Shown piece after piece: positions 22,756 to 36,100 of a stretch of 64,000 nucleotides of DNA; the stretch's first letter is position 1, and every line of letters begins with the position of its first letter. The notes beneath the pieces were generated by a model. That model saw nothing but the letters and a program-made list of their open reading frames with translations. It ran no database searches and had not been told where the DNA came from. The stretch comes from Malacoraja senta (Eukaryota), in NCBI GenBank assembly GCA_038087875.1, contig CM075979.1:39990001-40054000 (forward strand). Direction: 5' to 3'. Position numbers and translations under genes: made by a program.

Positions 22756-24268
22756 ACCCATTCCTTCTTTCCACACATGCTGCCTGTCCTGCTGAGTTAC
22801 TCCAGCATTTTGTGTTTATCAAAGTTTAAAGGAGATGTGTGGGGCAATGTTTATGTAAGGGAATTGCACAAAATGCTGGAGTAACTCAGCGGAACAGGCA
22901 GCATATCTGGAGAGAAGGAATAAGTGATGTTTTGGGTCGAGACCCTTATAGCAGTGGTTGATTTTAACTTCTCCAATATTGACTTGGATTACCTTGGTTA
23001 AGGGGCATTGATGTTGGGGTGGAATTTGGGAATTATAGAACATGTTTACAACATAGAATCAAGGAGTCCGTGAGCCATACAGCACGGAAACAGGCCCTTC
23101 TGCTTATTTTGTCCATGCTGACCAAGTTGGCATTCTGGGCTTGTCCCATTCACCTACATTTAGTCTGTCTATATCCCTCTAAATGTTTCCTGTCCATACA
23201 TCTGTCCAAATGTCTTTTAAAAGTCAGAATTGTATCCAATTCCATGGCTTCCTCTGGAAGCTAATTCTAGATACAGACAACCCACTACGTGAAAAAAATC
23301 CCTGAGGTCCCCATAATTTTATAATTCTCTACCTTGGGAAAAAGACTGAGCATTCACTTTATCCGTGTTCCTCATGGTCTTGTACACTTCAATAGGGTCA
23401 CCCATGAGCCTTCAATGCTCCAAATAAAATGGCAGCCTATCTAATGTCTCCCTATTTATTATCACGCGTACCCAGGTGCAGTGAAATACTTTTTTTGCAT
23501 CCAACTCAACAAGACTATCACCATGGTTGATTAGAGTATTGGCAGATGGAATTCAATCCTGACACGAGTGAGCATTTTAGAAGTATATAAGATTATGAGG
23601 GGCGCAGATAGTATAGAAAGTCAAAATATTTTTCCCATGGTAGGTTATCCAAAACAAGAGTGCATAGTTTTAGGATGAATGGAATGAGTTTTAAAGGAGA
23701 TTTCAGGTTGTTTTCACACAGAGAGGGGTGACATCTGGAACATGTTACCAGAGGAGATTGTGGAATTACATGCAATTACTACATTGAGGCATTTAGATAG
23801 ACATTTAAACAGGCAAGTCATAGAATGATATAGTCCTAATGTAGCAAATTGAATTAGTGTAGCTGCACAAAAAACTTGGTTTGGGCGCAATGGTGCCCCT
23901 ATGTAGCGCTGTTTCAGTGCTGTACTACTCTGACTCTAGAAAATTATAAATGGATCAAATGCTCTGAAACATGGGAGTTCTCCACAATACAAATTACTTC
24001 ACCTTGCTAAGGTTGTTCTTTGAGGCAATTAACAGAAAAGGATTGCGCCTGACCTGACAATATTCCCAATTAGACTGGTTGAGCATCATGTGCCATCAAT
24101 TAGCTCATTCTGAATTGTCAACAACTTCACCATAAATGCAGTATATCCAGAGATGAAAATGCAGTATATCCAGAGATGAAACAGAGATGAAGCTGCACCA
24201 CCAAAGTCTTTAGAAAGTTGACAATGGTTTTTCCCAAACGTGTGAATTATGATGTAATGCATACTTAC

Positions 24269-24480
24269 CCCCCTTGGTGGTTTAAGAGCGGGGCATCCTG
24301 GAAGTATGGTGATAGATTCAGTTGACAATGTTGGACGGCTGGTACTGCTTGTAGGTACATTTGTTAACGGTGGCATTGTGCTTCCACAGGGCCAGATATG
24401 TTTTTCAATGTCACAGCTATCATTACACTTTGCATAGATGCAAAATCCAGCTTTATCAGTGTAGTTGTATATAATTGAAT
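24269..24480 (-). CDS. Mucin exon (DSIIYNYTDKAGFCIYAKCNDSCDIEK...CPALKPPRG)
   Basis: tttag/gtaag, 212 bp. Confidence 0.9.
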
Positions 24481-25143
24481 CTAAAAATGTAAGCAGAAGA
24501 TGGCTTACTGTTGAATTGGGATACATATTGAAACTTTTAGAGGTAACAAACTCAAATATAAAATGTGCTGATTTTTAGTTAATGCTTTCATTTGTAGAGT
24601 GAAATAATGATATAAATGTTGGGATTAAATTGAAACAAGAGTAAAGTTGACATCATAAATTTAGAAAATAAATAAAAACATAAGTTATGCCGGAATTAAA
24701 AAAACACATTTTTGACAGGACACCAAATAACAAATGTGGTATAAGCCTTGTAATGGCCAGAGAATTTGAGTGGTAATGATGGCTTGGAAAATCATTAAAA
24801 TCCTACGTGAACCTTGCATGGATGTGTAGCATTGTACAGTGAGGATCGTTTGGGAACATCGACAGTTCTGACAGTTCATTGACTTCTGCAAATTACACTG
24901 GGGGAATGCCACTGAACATGCAATATGACTACAGTCGTTATAAGAGCAGGTCAGATTAATATTCCCTTATCCACCTCCAACTCTACCTCCAGTGTCCCAT
25001 CTGTGCCAACGCACAGCCAAACAACCAGCACACTAATGCCTCCCCAGCAACCAGTCCCATGAATGTGAGCAACATGTGGATGTAATTCAGACAGACAGGG
25101 ACAGACTTCAAAACTAAATTAGAGTTAGCAATTTCAGCATAAC

Positions 25144-25413
25144 TGATGTGTAGGAAGGAACTGCAGATGCTGGTTTAAACCAAAGACGTCACCCATTCCT
25201 TCTCTCCAGAGATGTTGCCGGTTCCGCTAAGGAACTGCAGATGCTGGTTTAAACCAAAGATAGACACAAAAAGCTGGAGTAACTCAGGAGAAAAGGAATA
25301 GATGACGTTTTGGGTTGAGACCCTTCTTCAGTCTCCACCCGAAACGTCACCTATTTTTTTTCTCCAGAGGTGCTGTCTGATCCACTGACTTACTTCAGCT
25401 TTTTGTGTCTATC
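25144..25413. mobile_element. Rearranged/inverted Penelope-derived insertion
   Basis: 11-bp TSD ttcagcataac; arms in both orientations. Confidence 0.75.
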
Positions 25414-26454
25414 TTCAGCATAACAGATCCCAGCCTCCCAAGCCAAAGTCTGAATTACAAGCAAATGACATATCTTAATCAAACTGATAGTTAGTCTGAT
25501 CTCTCTAGCAAAGTCCCATCAGGTAGTCTAAATCCATGTGAAATTGGAGAATGGGATTGAGGATCAAAGTGGCATTATGCACTGAGGGGAAGAATAGACA
25601 ATAGACAATAAGTGCAGCACTAGGCCATTCGGCCCTTCGAGCCAGCACTGCCATTCAATGTGATCATGGCTGATCATCCCCAATCAGTACCTCGTTCCTG
25701 CCTTCTCCCCATATCCCCTGACTCTGCTATCTTTAAGAGCCCTATCTAGCTCTCTCTTTAAAGTATCCAGAGAACTGGCCTCCACCGCCCTCTGAGGCAG
25801 AGAATTCCACAGACTCACAACTCTGTGTGTGAAGAATCTAAGGTGATGAGAAGAATGAACAAAAGATGAGCAATTGCCTTGCACATGCACATAGACAGAC
25901 AGATACGCAAGAATAACAATTATACATAGATTACACATAGAATTCTGCAAGTTTTAAGAACACTCAAGAAACTCAACATTACCCAGGTCTTGGATTGACT
26001 TAATTTTTTTTCAATTCCCTTTCTTTTAGTCTACATATCTCTCAGTTTCCACTTCCCTCCTTTCAATTCTTGAATCAACATCAGGATTATTAAACTTTCT
26101 TTGTTTATCTTGTCTTTCTTCTGTTACATGTTAGCCGCCTATTCAATGCTGTTGGAGTCACTAATGATTGGAAAACCTAGTATGATACCACCACCATTTG
26201 TAACCACTTTTGACATCATTTATACACTCCAGCTTCTTACCTTGCTTCTCCTTGTGCAATGCACCCATATAATTTTGTTTTTATGACTTCAGGATTAAAT
26301 GCTTGTTAGACCATTCACATTTCAAATTGTTCTCAAACATGGATTTAAAATATTCATATTACTTCTATTTGCATCAAGAACTATCTGCAACGTGCATAAA
26401 CAAATTGGCAAATCTGGCTTCTTCGTAAAGCATGTGGAACCATGTATGATGGAA

Positions 26455-27100
26455 ACATTTTGAAAATGTCATCACAAGTAGATGGAATAGCAAAGAAGAC
26501 AAAGAGTCTGCTTGCTTTCGGGGCTTTGAGTATAAGAGTTTGTCAGAAAAATTTGATAAGGCCACATTTGGAGTATTGTGTGCAGTTCTGATCGCCTCAA
26601 TACAGGAAGGATGTGGAAGCGTTGAAGAAGATGCAGACGAGGTTTACCAGGATGCTGCCTGGATAAGAGAGTATGAGCTTTAAAGACAAATTGGACAAAT
26701 GTGGATTGTTCCTCTGGAAGGTCGAAGGTTGTGGGGAGACATGAGAGAAGTACATAAAATTATGAGAGGCATGGATAGGGTCGACAGTCAAGATCTTATT
26801 ACCAGAATGGAAATGTCAAAGTCTAGAATTTATTGTTTTAAGGTCAGAAAGGGGAAAGTGGGAAGGAGATGTGCAAGACCAGTTTTTTTTTAAACAGTGG
26901 TGTGTGCCTGGATTGCACTGCCAGGAGTGGTGGTGGAAGCAGATGTGTTAGTGGTGCTTCTGAGCATTTAAAATAGGCACATGGATATGCAAGGAATGGA
27001 GGGACATGGATCGCAAAAGTAGAGGTGATAAGTTTAACTTGGAATCATTGACAGCAAAAACAGTGTGGGTCAAAGGGCCGATCCCTGTGTAGGTCTGTTC
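26455..27100 (+). mobile_element. CR1 LINE 3' fragment ending ~45 bp from the giant-exon donor
   Basis: RPHLEYCVQF..PQYRKDVEAL motifs. Confidence 0.82.
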
Positions 27101-27146
27101 TACGTTCCAAATGCTTTATCTAGCAAACTAAGCACCAGTAGCTTAC

Positions 27147-30100
27147 CTTGGGAATACACAGTTCCATTCACCATGCAGACACATTCTGTGATGGGAGAAG
27201 AGGAACTTGTGGTTGGATGAAGGGTAGAGTGCTCAATGGAACCAGTAGGTTGGGAAGAAAATGTTGAGGGCATCCCGGTCGTAGATGCAGACAAAGAAGT
27301 TGATGATCCACCAGTGGTGAGTCGAACAGTGACGGCAGTGGTGGTAGTCCATGAGGCGGTTGATGAAGAAGACTGGTTTACTCTGCTGGAGGTTGGAGCC
27401 ACTGAGGCTGATTCTGTGCTACCACTGTGAGTGCTAGGCACCACCAGTGTGCTATATGCAGACACAGTGATGGTAGTGCTGTTCGTTGTAGTTGAAAGGG
27501 GACTCGTGAAAGGAGATGATGGAATCATTGTCGTCGATGCTGCAGGAGAATATTGTGTTGCTGTTGTGGCAGAGAGTGTTGTGGGTTCTTCTGATGTTCT
27601 GGTTGTGGACGTTGTTCCTGTTTCAGGAGTTGTGGGGCTCGTGTGTAACTGAGTTGGTGTTGTGGGACTTCCAGTTGTGGTTGTATAAGTGGTTGAAAGT
27701 GGTGTTTTTGTTTCTGTTGTTGGGACGGTTGTTGGGGTGTGAGTGTGCAGTGTTGTGGTTTCCGATGATGATGAGCTTGTGGTTGTGGACGTTGTTCCTG
27801 TTTCAGGAGTTGTGCTTGTGGGCACCAATGGGGTCTGGGCAGTTGTTGTGGACTTGGTGGTTGTAGGTAATTCGGTAGTTTCTGTTAGTTCAGTTGTACA
27901 AATTGTGGTCAATTCTGGTGTAGTACTTGCTGGTGTACCTGAGACTGGAGATGTAGAGGGCATCTGCTCTGTTGTAAGTGTAGTGGGACGAGTTGTACTG
28001 GTTGTGATTTCAATGGTATGAGGGGTTGTTGATGTTGTCTCTCTGGCTGGAGATGTGGGGGTCATGTGTAGCTGTGTTGGTGTTGTGGGACTTGCGGTTG
28101 TGGTTGAATGTGGTGTTTTTGTTTCTGTTGTTGGGACGGTTGTTGGGGTGTGAGTGTGCAGTGTTGTGGTTTCCGATGATGTTGATGTTGTGGTTGTGGA
28201 CGTTGTTCCTGTTTCAGGAGTTGTGCTTGTGGGCACCAATGGGGTCTGGGTAGTTCTTGTGGACTTGGTGGTTGAAGGTAATACAGTAGTTTCTGTTAGT
28301 ACAGTTGTACAAGTTGTGGTCAATTCTGGTGTAGTACTTGCTGGTGTACCTGAGACTGGAGATGTAGAGTGCATCTGCTCTGTTGTAAGTGTAGTGGGAC
28401 CTGTTGTACTGGTTGTGATTTCAATGGTATGAGGGGTTGTTGATGTTGTCTCTCTGGCTGGAGATGTGGGGGTCGTGTGTAGCTGTGTTGGTGTTGTGGG
28501 ACTTCCTGTGTTGCTTGTAGAAACGGTGAAATATGGTGTGTTTGTTTCTGTGCTTGTGCCAGTTGATGGGCTGTGCGTCTGTATTGTCGTGGTTTCAGTT
28601 GATGTTGATGTGGTCGTGGTGGATCCTGTTTGTGTTTGAGGTGTTTTGGTTGTGATCACCTCTGTAGTTTCTGTAGTTCCTATTGACTTGGTGGTAAATG
28701 GTGTTTCAGTAGATTCATTTTTTTCAGTTGTGGAAGTTGTGGTCAGTTCAGGTGTGGAACTTTGTGGTGTTCCTGACACTGGAGATGTTGTGGTTGTGTG
28801 CTCTGTTGTCGGTGAAGTGGAACCAGTTGTTCTGGTTGTGGTTTCAATTGTATGAGGGGTTGTGGACATTGTTCCTGTTTCAGGAGTTGTGGGGCTCGTG
28901 TGTAGCTGAGTTGGTGTTGTGGGACTTCCAGTTGTGGTTGTAAAAGTGGTTGAAAGTGGTGTTTTTGTTTCTGTTGTTGGGACGGTTGTTGGGGTGTGAG
29001 TGTGCAGTGTTGTGGTTTCCGATGATGATGAGCTTGTGGTTGTGGACGTTGTTCCTGTTTCAGGAGTTGTGCTTGTGGGCACCAATGGGGTCTGGGTAGT
29101 TGTTGTGGACTTGGTGGTTGTAGGTAATTCAGTAGTTTCTGTTAGTTCAGTTGTACAAGTTGTGGTCAATTCTGGTGTAGTACTTGCTGGTGTACCTGAG
29201 ACTGGAGATGTAGAGGGCATCTGCTCTGTTGTAAGTGTAGTGGGACCTGTTGTACTGGTTGTGATTTCAATGGTATGAGGGGTTGTTGATGTTGTCTCCC
29301 TGGCTGGAGATGTGGGGGTCGTGTGTAGCTGTGTTGGTGTTGTGGGACTTGCGGTTGTGGTTGAATGTGGTGTTTTTGTTTCTGTTGTTGGGACGGTTGT
29401 TGGGGTGTGAGTGTGCAGTGTTGAGGTTTCCGATGATGTTGATGTTGTGGTTGTGGACGTTGTTCCTGTTTCAGGAGTTGTGCTTGTGGGCACCAATGGG
29501 GTCTGGGTAGTTCTTGTGGACTTGGTGGTTGAAGGTAATACAGTAGTTTCTGTTAGTTCAGTTGTACAAGTTGTGGTCAATTCTGGTGTAGTACTTGCTG
29601 GTGTACCTGAGACTGGAGATGTAGAGGGCATCTGCTCTGTTCTAAGTGTAGTGGGACCTGTTGTACTGGGTGTGATTTCAATGGTATGAGGGGTTGTTGA
29701 TGTTGTCTCTCTGGCTGGAGATGTGGGGGTCGTGTGTAGCTGTGTTGGTGTTGTGGGACTTCCTGTGTTGCTTCTAGAAACGGTGAAATATGGTGTGTTT
29801 GTTTCGGTGCTTGTGCCTGTTGATGGGCTGTGCGTCTGTATTGTCGTGGTTTCAGTTGATGTTGATGTGGTCGTGGTGGATCCTGTTTGTGTTTGAGGTG
29901 TTTTGGTTGTGATCACCTCTGTAGTTTCTGTAGTTCCTGTTGACTTGGTGGTAAATGGTGTTTCAGTAGATTCATTTTTTTCAGTTGTGGAAGTTGTGGT
30001 CAGTTCAGGTGTGGAACGTTGTGGTGTTCCTGACACTGGAGATGTTGTGGTTGTGTGCTCTGTTGTCGGTGAAGTGGAACCAGTTGTTCTGGTTGTGGTT

Positions 30101-33100
30101 TCAATTGTATGAGGGGTTGTGGACATTGTTCCTGTTTCAGGAGTTGTGGGGCTCGTGTGTAGCTGAGTTGGTGTTGTGGGACTTCCAGTTGTGGTTGTAA
30201 AAGTGGTTGAAAGTGGTGTTTTTGTTTCTGTTGTTGGGACGGTTGTTGGGGTGTGAGTGTGCAGTGTTGTGGTTTCCGATGATGATGAGCTTGTGGTTGT
30301 GGACGTTGTTCCTGTTTCAGGAGTTGTGCTTGTGGGCACCAATGGGGTCTGGGTAGTTGTTGTGGACTTGGTGGTTGTAGGTAATTCAGTAGTTTCTGTT
30401 AGTTCAGTTGTACAAATTGTGTTCAATTCTGGTGTAGTACTTGCTGGTGTACCTGAGACTGGAGATGTAGAGGGCATCTGCTCTGTTGTAAGTGTAGTGG
30501 GACCTGTTGTACTGGTTGTGATTTCAATGGTATGAGGGGTTGTTGATGTTGTCTCTCTGGCAGGAGATGTGGGGGTCGTGTGTAGCTGTGTTGGTGTTGT
30601 GGGACTTCCTGTGTTGCTTGTAGAAACGGTGAAATATGGTGTGTTTGTTTCTGTGCTTGTGCCAGTTGATGGGCTGTGCGTCTGTATTGTCGTGGTTTCA
30701 ATTGATGTTGATGTGGTCGTGGTGGATCCTGTTTGTGTTTGAGGTGTTTTGGTTGTGATCACCTCTGTAGTTTCTGTAGTTCCTATTGACTTGGTGGTAA
30801 ATGGTGTTTCAGTAGATTCATTTTTTTCAGTTGTGGAAGTTGTGGTCAGTTCAGGTGTGGAACTTTGTGGTGTTCCTGACACTGGAGATGTTGTGGTTGT
30901 GTGCTCTGTTGTCGGTGAAGTGGAACCAGTTATTCTGGTTGTGGTTTCAATTGTATGAGGGGTTGTGGACATTGTTCCTGTTTCAGGAGTTGTGGGGCTC
31001 GTGTGTAACTGAGTTGGTGTTGTGGGACTTCCAGTTGTGGTTGTAAAAGTGGTTGAAAGTGGTGTTTTTGTTTCTGTTGTTGGGACGGTTGTTGGGGTGT
31101 GAGTGTGCAGTGTTGTGGTTTCCGATGATGTTGATGTTGTGGTTGTGGACGTTGTTCCTGTTTCAGGAGTTGTGCTTGTGGGCACCAATGGGGTCTGGGT
31201 AGTTCTTGTGGACTTGGTGGTTGAAGGTAATACAGTAGTTTCTGTTAGTTCAGTTGTACAAGTTGTGGTCAATTCTGGTGTAGTACTTGCTGGTGTACCT
31301 GAGACTGGAGATGTAGAGGGCATCTGCTCTGTTGTAAGTGTAGTGGGACCTGTTGTACTGGGTGTAATTTCAATGGTATGAGGGGTTGTTGATGTTGTCT
31401 CTCTGGCTGGAGATGTGGGGGTCGTGTGTAGCTGTGTTGGTGTTGTTAGACTTCCTGTGTTGCTTGTAGAAACGGTGAAATATGGTGTGTTTGTTTCTGT
31501 GCTTGTGCCAGTTGATGGGCTGTGCGTCTGTATTGTCGTGGTTTCAGTTGATGTGGTCGTGGTGGATCCTGTTTGTGTTTGAGGTGTTTTGGTTGTGATC
31601 ACCTCTGTAGTTTCTGTAGTTCCTATTGACTTGGTGGTAAATGGTGTTTGAGTAGATTCATTTTTTTCAGTTGTGGAAGTTGTGGTCAGTTCAGGTGTGG
31701 AACTTTGTGGTGTTCCTGACACTGGAGATGTTGTGGTTGTGTGCTCTGTTGTCGTTGAAGTGGAACCAGTTGTTCTGGTTGTGGTTTCAATTGTATGAGG
31801 GGTTGTGGACATTGTTCCTGTTTCAGGAGTTGTGGGGCTCGTGTGTAACTGAGTTGGTGTTGTGGGACTTCCAGTTGTGGTTGTAAAAGTGGTTGAAAGT
31901 GGTGTTTTTGTTTCTGTTGTTGGGACGGTTGTTGGGGTGTGAGTGTGCAGTGTTGTGGTTTCCGATGATGATGAGCTTGTGGTTGTGGACGTTGTTCCTG
32001 TTTCAGGAGTTGTGCTTGTGGGCACCAATGGGGTCTGGGCAGTTGTTGTGGACTTGGTGGTTGTAGGTAATTCAGTAGTTTCTGTTAGTTCAGTTGTACA
32101 AATTGTGGTCAATTCTGGTGTAGTACTTGCTGGTGTACCTGAGACTGGAGATGTAGAGGGCATCTGCTCTGTTGTAAGTGTAGTGGGACGAGTTGTACTG
32201 GTTGTGATTTCAATGGTATGAGGGGTTGTTGATTTTGTCTCTCTGGCTGGAGATGTGGGGGTCGTGTGTAGCTGTGTTGGTGTTGTGGGACTTGCGGTTG
32301 TGGTTGAATGTGGTGTTTTAGTTTCTGTTGTTGGGATGGTTGTTGGGGTGTGAGTGTGCAGTGTTGTGGTTTCCGATGATGTTGATGTTGTGGTTGTGGA
32401 CGTTGTTCCTGTTTCAGGAGTTGTGCTTGTGGGCACCAATGGGGTCTGGGTAGTTCTTGTGGACTTGGTGGTTGAAGGTAATACAGTAGTTTCTGTTAGT
32501 ACAGTTGTACAGGTTGTGGTCAATTCTGGTGTAGTACTTGCTGGTGTACCTGAGACTGGAGATGTAGAGGGCATCTGCTCTGTTGTAAGTGTAGTGGGAC
32601 CTGTTGTTGTGGTTGTGATTTCAATGGTATGAGGGGTTGTTGATGTTGTCTCTCTGGCTGGAGATGTGGGGGTCGTGTGTAGCTGTGTTGCTGTTGTGGG
32701 ACTTCCTGTGTTGCTTGTAGAAACGGTGAAATATGGTGTGTTTGTTTCTGTGCTTGTGCCAGTTGATGGGCTGTGCGTCTGTATTGTCGTGGTTTCAGTT
32801 GATGTGGTCGTGGTGGATCCTGTTTGTGTTTGAGGTGTTTTGGTTGTGATCACCTCTGTAGTTTCTGTAGTTCCTATTGACTTGGTGGTAAATGGTGTTT
32901 GAGTAGATTCATTTTTTTCAGTTGTGGAAGTTGTGGTCAGTTCAGGTGTGGAACGTTGTGGTGTTCCTGACACTGGAGATGTTGTGGTTGTGTGCTCTGT
33001 TGTCGGTGAAGTGGAACCAGTTGTTCTGGTTGTGGTTTCAATTGTATGAGGGGTTGTGGACATTGTTCCTGTTTCAGGAGTTGTGGGGCTCGTGTGTAAC

Positions 33101-36100
33101 TGAGTTGGTGTTGTGGGACTTCCAGTTGTGGTTGTAAAAGTGGTTGAAAGTGGTGTTTTTGTTTCTGTTGTTGGGACAGTTGTTGGGGTGTGAGTGTGCA
33201 GTGTTGTGGTTTCCGATGATGATGAGCTTGTGGTTGTGGACGTTGTTCCTGTTTCAGGAGTTGTGCTTGTGGGCACCAATGGGGTCTGGGCAGTTGTTGT
33301 GGACTTGGTGGTTGTAGGTAATTCAGTAGTTTCTGTTAGTTCAGTTGTACAAATTGTGGTCAATTCTGGTGTAGTACTTGCTGGTGTACCTGAGACTGGA
33401 GATGTAGAGGGCATCTGCTCTGTTGTAAGTGTAGTGGGACGAGTTGTACTGGTTGTGATTTCAATGGTATGAGGGGTTGTTGATTTTGTCTCTCTGGCTG
33501 GAGATGTGGGGGTCGTGTGTAGCTGTGTTGGTGTTGTGGGACTTGCGGTTGTGGTTGAATGTGGTGTTTTAGTTTCTGTTGTTGGGATGGTTGTTGGGGT
33601 GTGAGTGTGCAGTGTTGTGGTTTCCGATGATGTTGATGTTGTGGTTGTGGACGTTGTTCCTGTTTCAGGAGTTGTGCTTGTGGGCACCAATGGGGTCTGG
33701 GTAGTTCTTGTGGACTTGGTGGTTGAAGGTAATACAGTAGTTTCTGTTAGTACAGTTGTACAGGTTGTGGTCAATTCTGGTGTAGTACTTGCTGGTGTAC
33801 CTGAGACTGGAGATGTAGAGGGCATCTGCTCTGTTGTAAGTGTAGTGGGACCTGTTGTTGTGGTTGTGATTTCAATGGTATGAGGGGTTGTTGATGTTGT
33901 CTCTCTGGCTGGAGATGTGGGGGTCGTGTGTAGCTGTGTTGCTGTTGTGGGACTTCCTGTGTTGCTTGTAGAAACGGTGAAATATGGTGTGTTTGTTTCT
34001 GTGCTTGTGCCAGTTGATGGGCTGTGCGTCTGTATTGTCGTGGTTTCAGTTGATGTGGTCGTGGTGGATCCTGTTTGTGTTTGAGGTGTTTTGGTTGTGA
34101 TCACCTCTGTAGTTTCTGTAGTTCCTATTGACTTGGTGGTAAATGGTGTTTGAGTAGATTCATTTTTTTCAGTTGTGGAAGTTGTGGTCAGTTCAGGTGT
34201 GGAACGTTGTGGTGTTCCTGACACTGGAGATGTTGTGGTTGTGTGCTCTGTTGTCGGTGAAGTGGAACCAGTTGTTCTGGTTGTGGTTTCAATTGTATGA
34301 GGGGTTGTGGACATTGTTCCTGTTTCAGGAGTTGTGGGGCTCGTGTGTAACTGAGTTGGTGTTGTGGGACTTCCAGTTGTGGTTGTAAAAGTGGTTGAAA
34401 GTGGTGTTTTTGTTTCTGTTGTTGGGACGGTTGTTGGGGTGTGAGTGTGCAGTGTTGTGGTTTCCGATGATGATGAGCTTGTGGTTGTGGACGTTGTTCC
34501 TGTTTCAGGAGTTGTGCTTGTGGGCACCAATGGGGTCTGGGCAGTTGTTGTGGACTTGGTGGTTGTAGGTAATTCAGTAGTTTCTGTTAGTTCAGTTGTA
34601 CAAATTGTGGTCAATTCTGGTGTAGTACTTGCTGGTGTACCTGAGACTGGAGATGTAGAGGGCATCTGCTCTGTTGTAAGTGTAGTGGGACGAGTTGTAC
34701 TGGTTGTGATTTCAATGGTATGAGGGGTTGTTGATTTTGTCTCTCTGGCTGGAGATGTGGGGGTCGTGTGTAGCTGTGTTGGTGTTGTGGGACTTGCGGT
34801 TGTGGTTGAATGTGGTGTTTTAGTTTCTGTTGTTGGGATGGTTGTTGGGGTGTGAGTGTGCAGTGTTGTGGTTTCCGATGAAGTTGATGTTGTGGTTGTG
34901 GACGTTGTTCCTGTTTCAGGAGTTGTGCTTGTGGGCACCAATGGGGTCTGGGTAGTTCTTGTGGACTTGGTGGTTGAAGGTAATACAGTAGTTTCTGTTA
35001 GTACAGTTGTACAAGTTGTGGTCAATTCTGGTGTAGTACTTGCTGGTGTACCTGAGACTGGAGATGTAGAGGGCATCTGCTCTGTTGTAAGTGTAGTGGG
35101 ACCTGTTGTTGTGGTTGTGATTTCAATGGTATGAGGGGTTGTTGATGTTGTCTCTCTGGCTGGAGATGTGGGGGTCGTGTGTAGCTGTGTTGGTGTTGTG
35201 GGACTTCCTGTGTTGCTTGTAGAAACGGTGAAATATGGTGTGTTTGTTTCTGTGCTTGTGCCAGTTGATGGGCTGTGCGTCTGTATTGTCGTGGTTTCAG
35301 TTGATGTTGATGTGGTCGTGGTGGATCCTGTTTGTGTTTGAGGTGTTTTGGTTGTGATCACCTCTGTAGTTTCTGTAGTTCCTATTGACTTGGTGGTAAA
35401 TGGTGTTTCAGTAGATTCATTTTTTTCAGTTGTGGAAGTTGTGGTCAGTTCAGGTGTGGAACTTTGTGGTGTTCCTGACACTGGAGATGTTGTGGTTGTG
35501 TGCTCTGTTGTCGGTGAAGTGGAACCAGTTGTTCTGGTTGTGGTTTCAATTGTATGAGGGGTTGTGGACATTGTTCCTGTTTCAGGAGTTGTGGGGCTCG
35601 TGTGTAACTGAGTTGGTGTTGTGGGACTTCCAGTTGTGGTTGTAAAAGTGGTTGAAAGTGGTGTTTTTGTTTCTGTTGTTGGGACGGTTGTTGGGGTGTG
35701 AGTGTGCAGTGTTGTGGTTTCCGATGATGATGAGCTTGTGGTTGTGGATGTTGTTCCTGTTTCAGGAGTTGTGCTTGTGGGCACCAATGGGGTCTGGGCA
35801 GTTGTTGTGGACTTGGTGGTTGTAGGTAATTCAGTAGTTTCTGTTAGTTCCGTTGTACAAATTGTGTTCAATTCTGGTGTAGTACTTGCTGGTATACTTG
35901 AGACTGGAGATCTAGAGGGCATTTGCTCTGTTGTAAGTGTAGTGGGACGAGTTGTGCTGGTTGTGATTTCAATGGTATGAGGGGTTGTTGATGTTGTCTC
36001 TCTGGCTGGAGATGTGGGGGTCGTGTGTAGCTGTGTTGGTGTTGTGGGACTTGCGGTTGTGGTTGAATGTGGTGTTTTTGTTTCTGTTGTTGGGACGGTT

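Noticed and set aside
24134-24180. 23-bp tandem duplication; also (TATG)n ~56166..56210 and (GGA)n ~56465..56488
   Set aside because: Ordinary slippage products.
24808-24912. Cys-rich peptide MNCQNCRCSQTILTVQC resembling a VWC exon
   Set aside because: Candidate splice sites are phase-incompatible, and flanking exons already join in frame.
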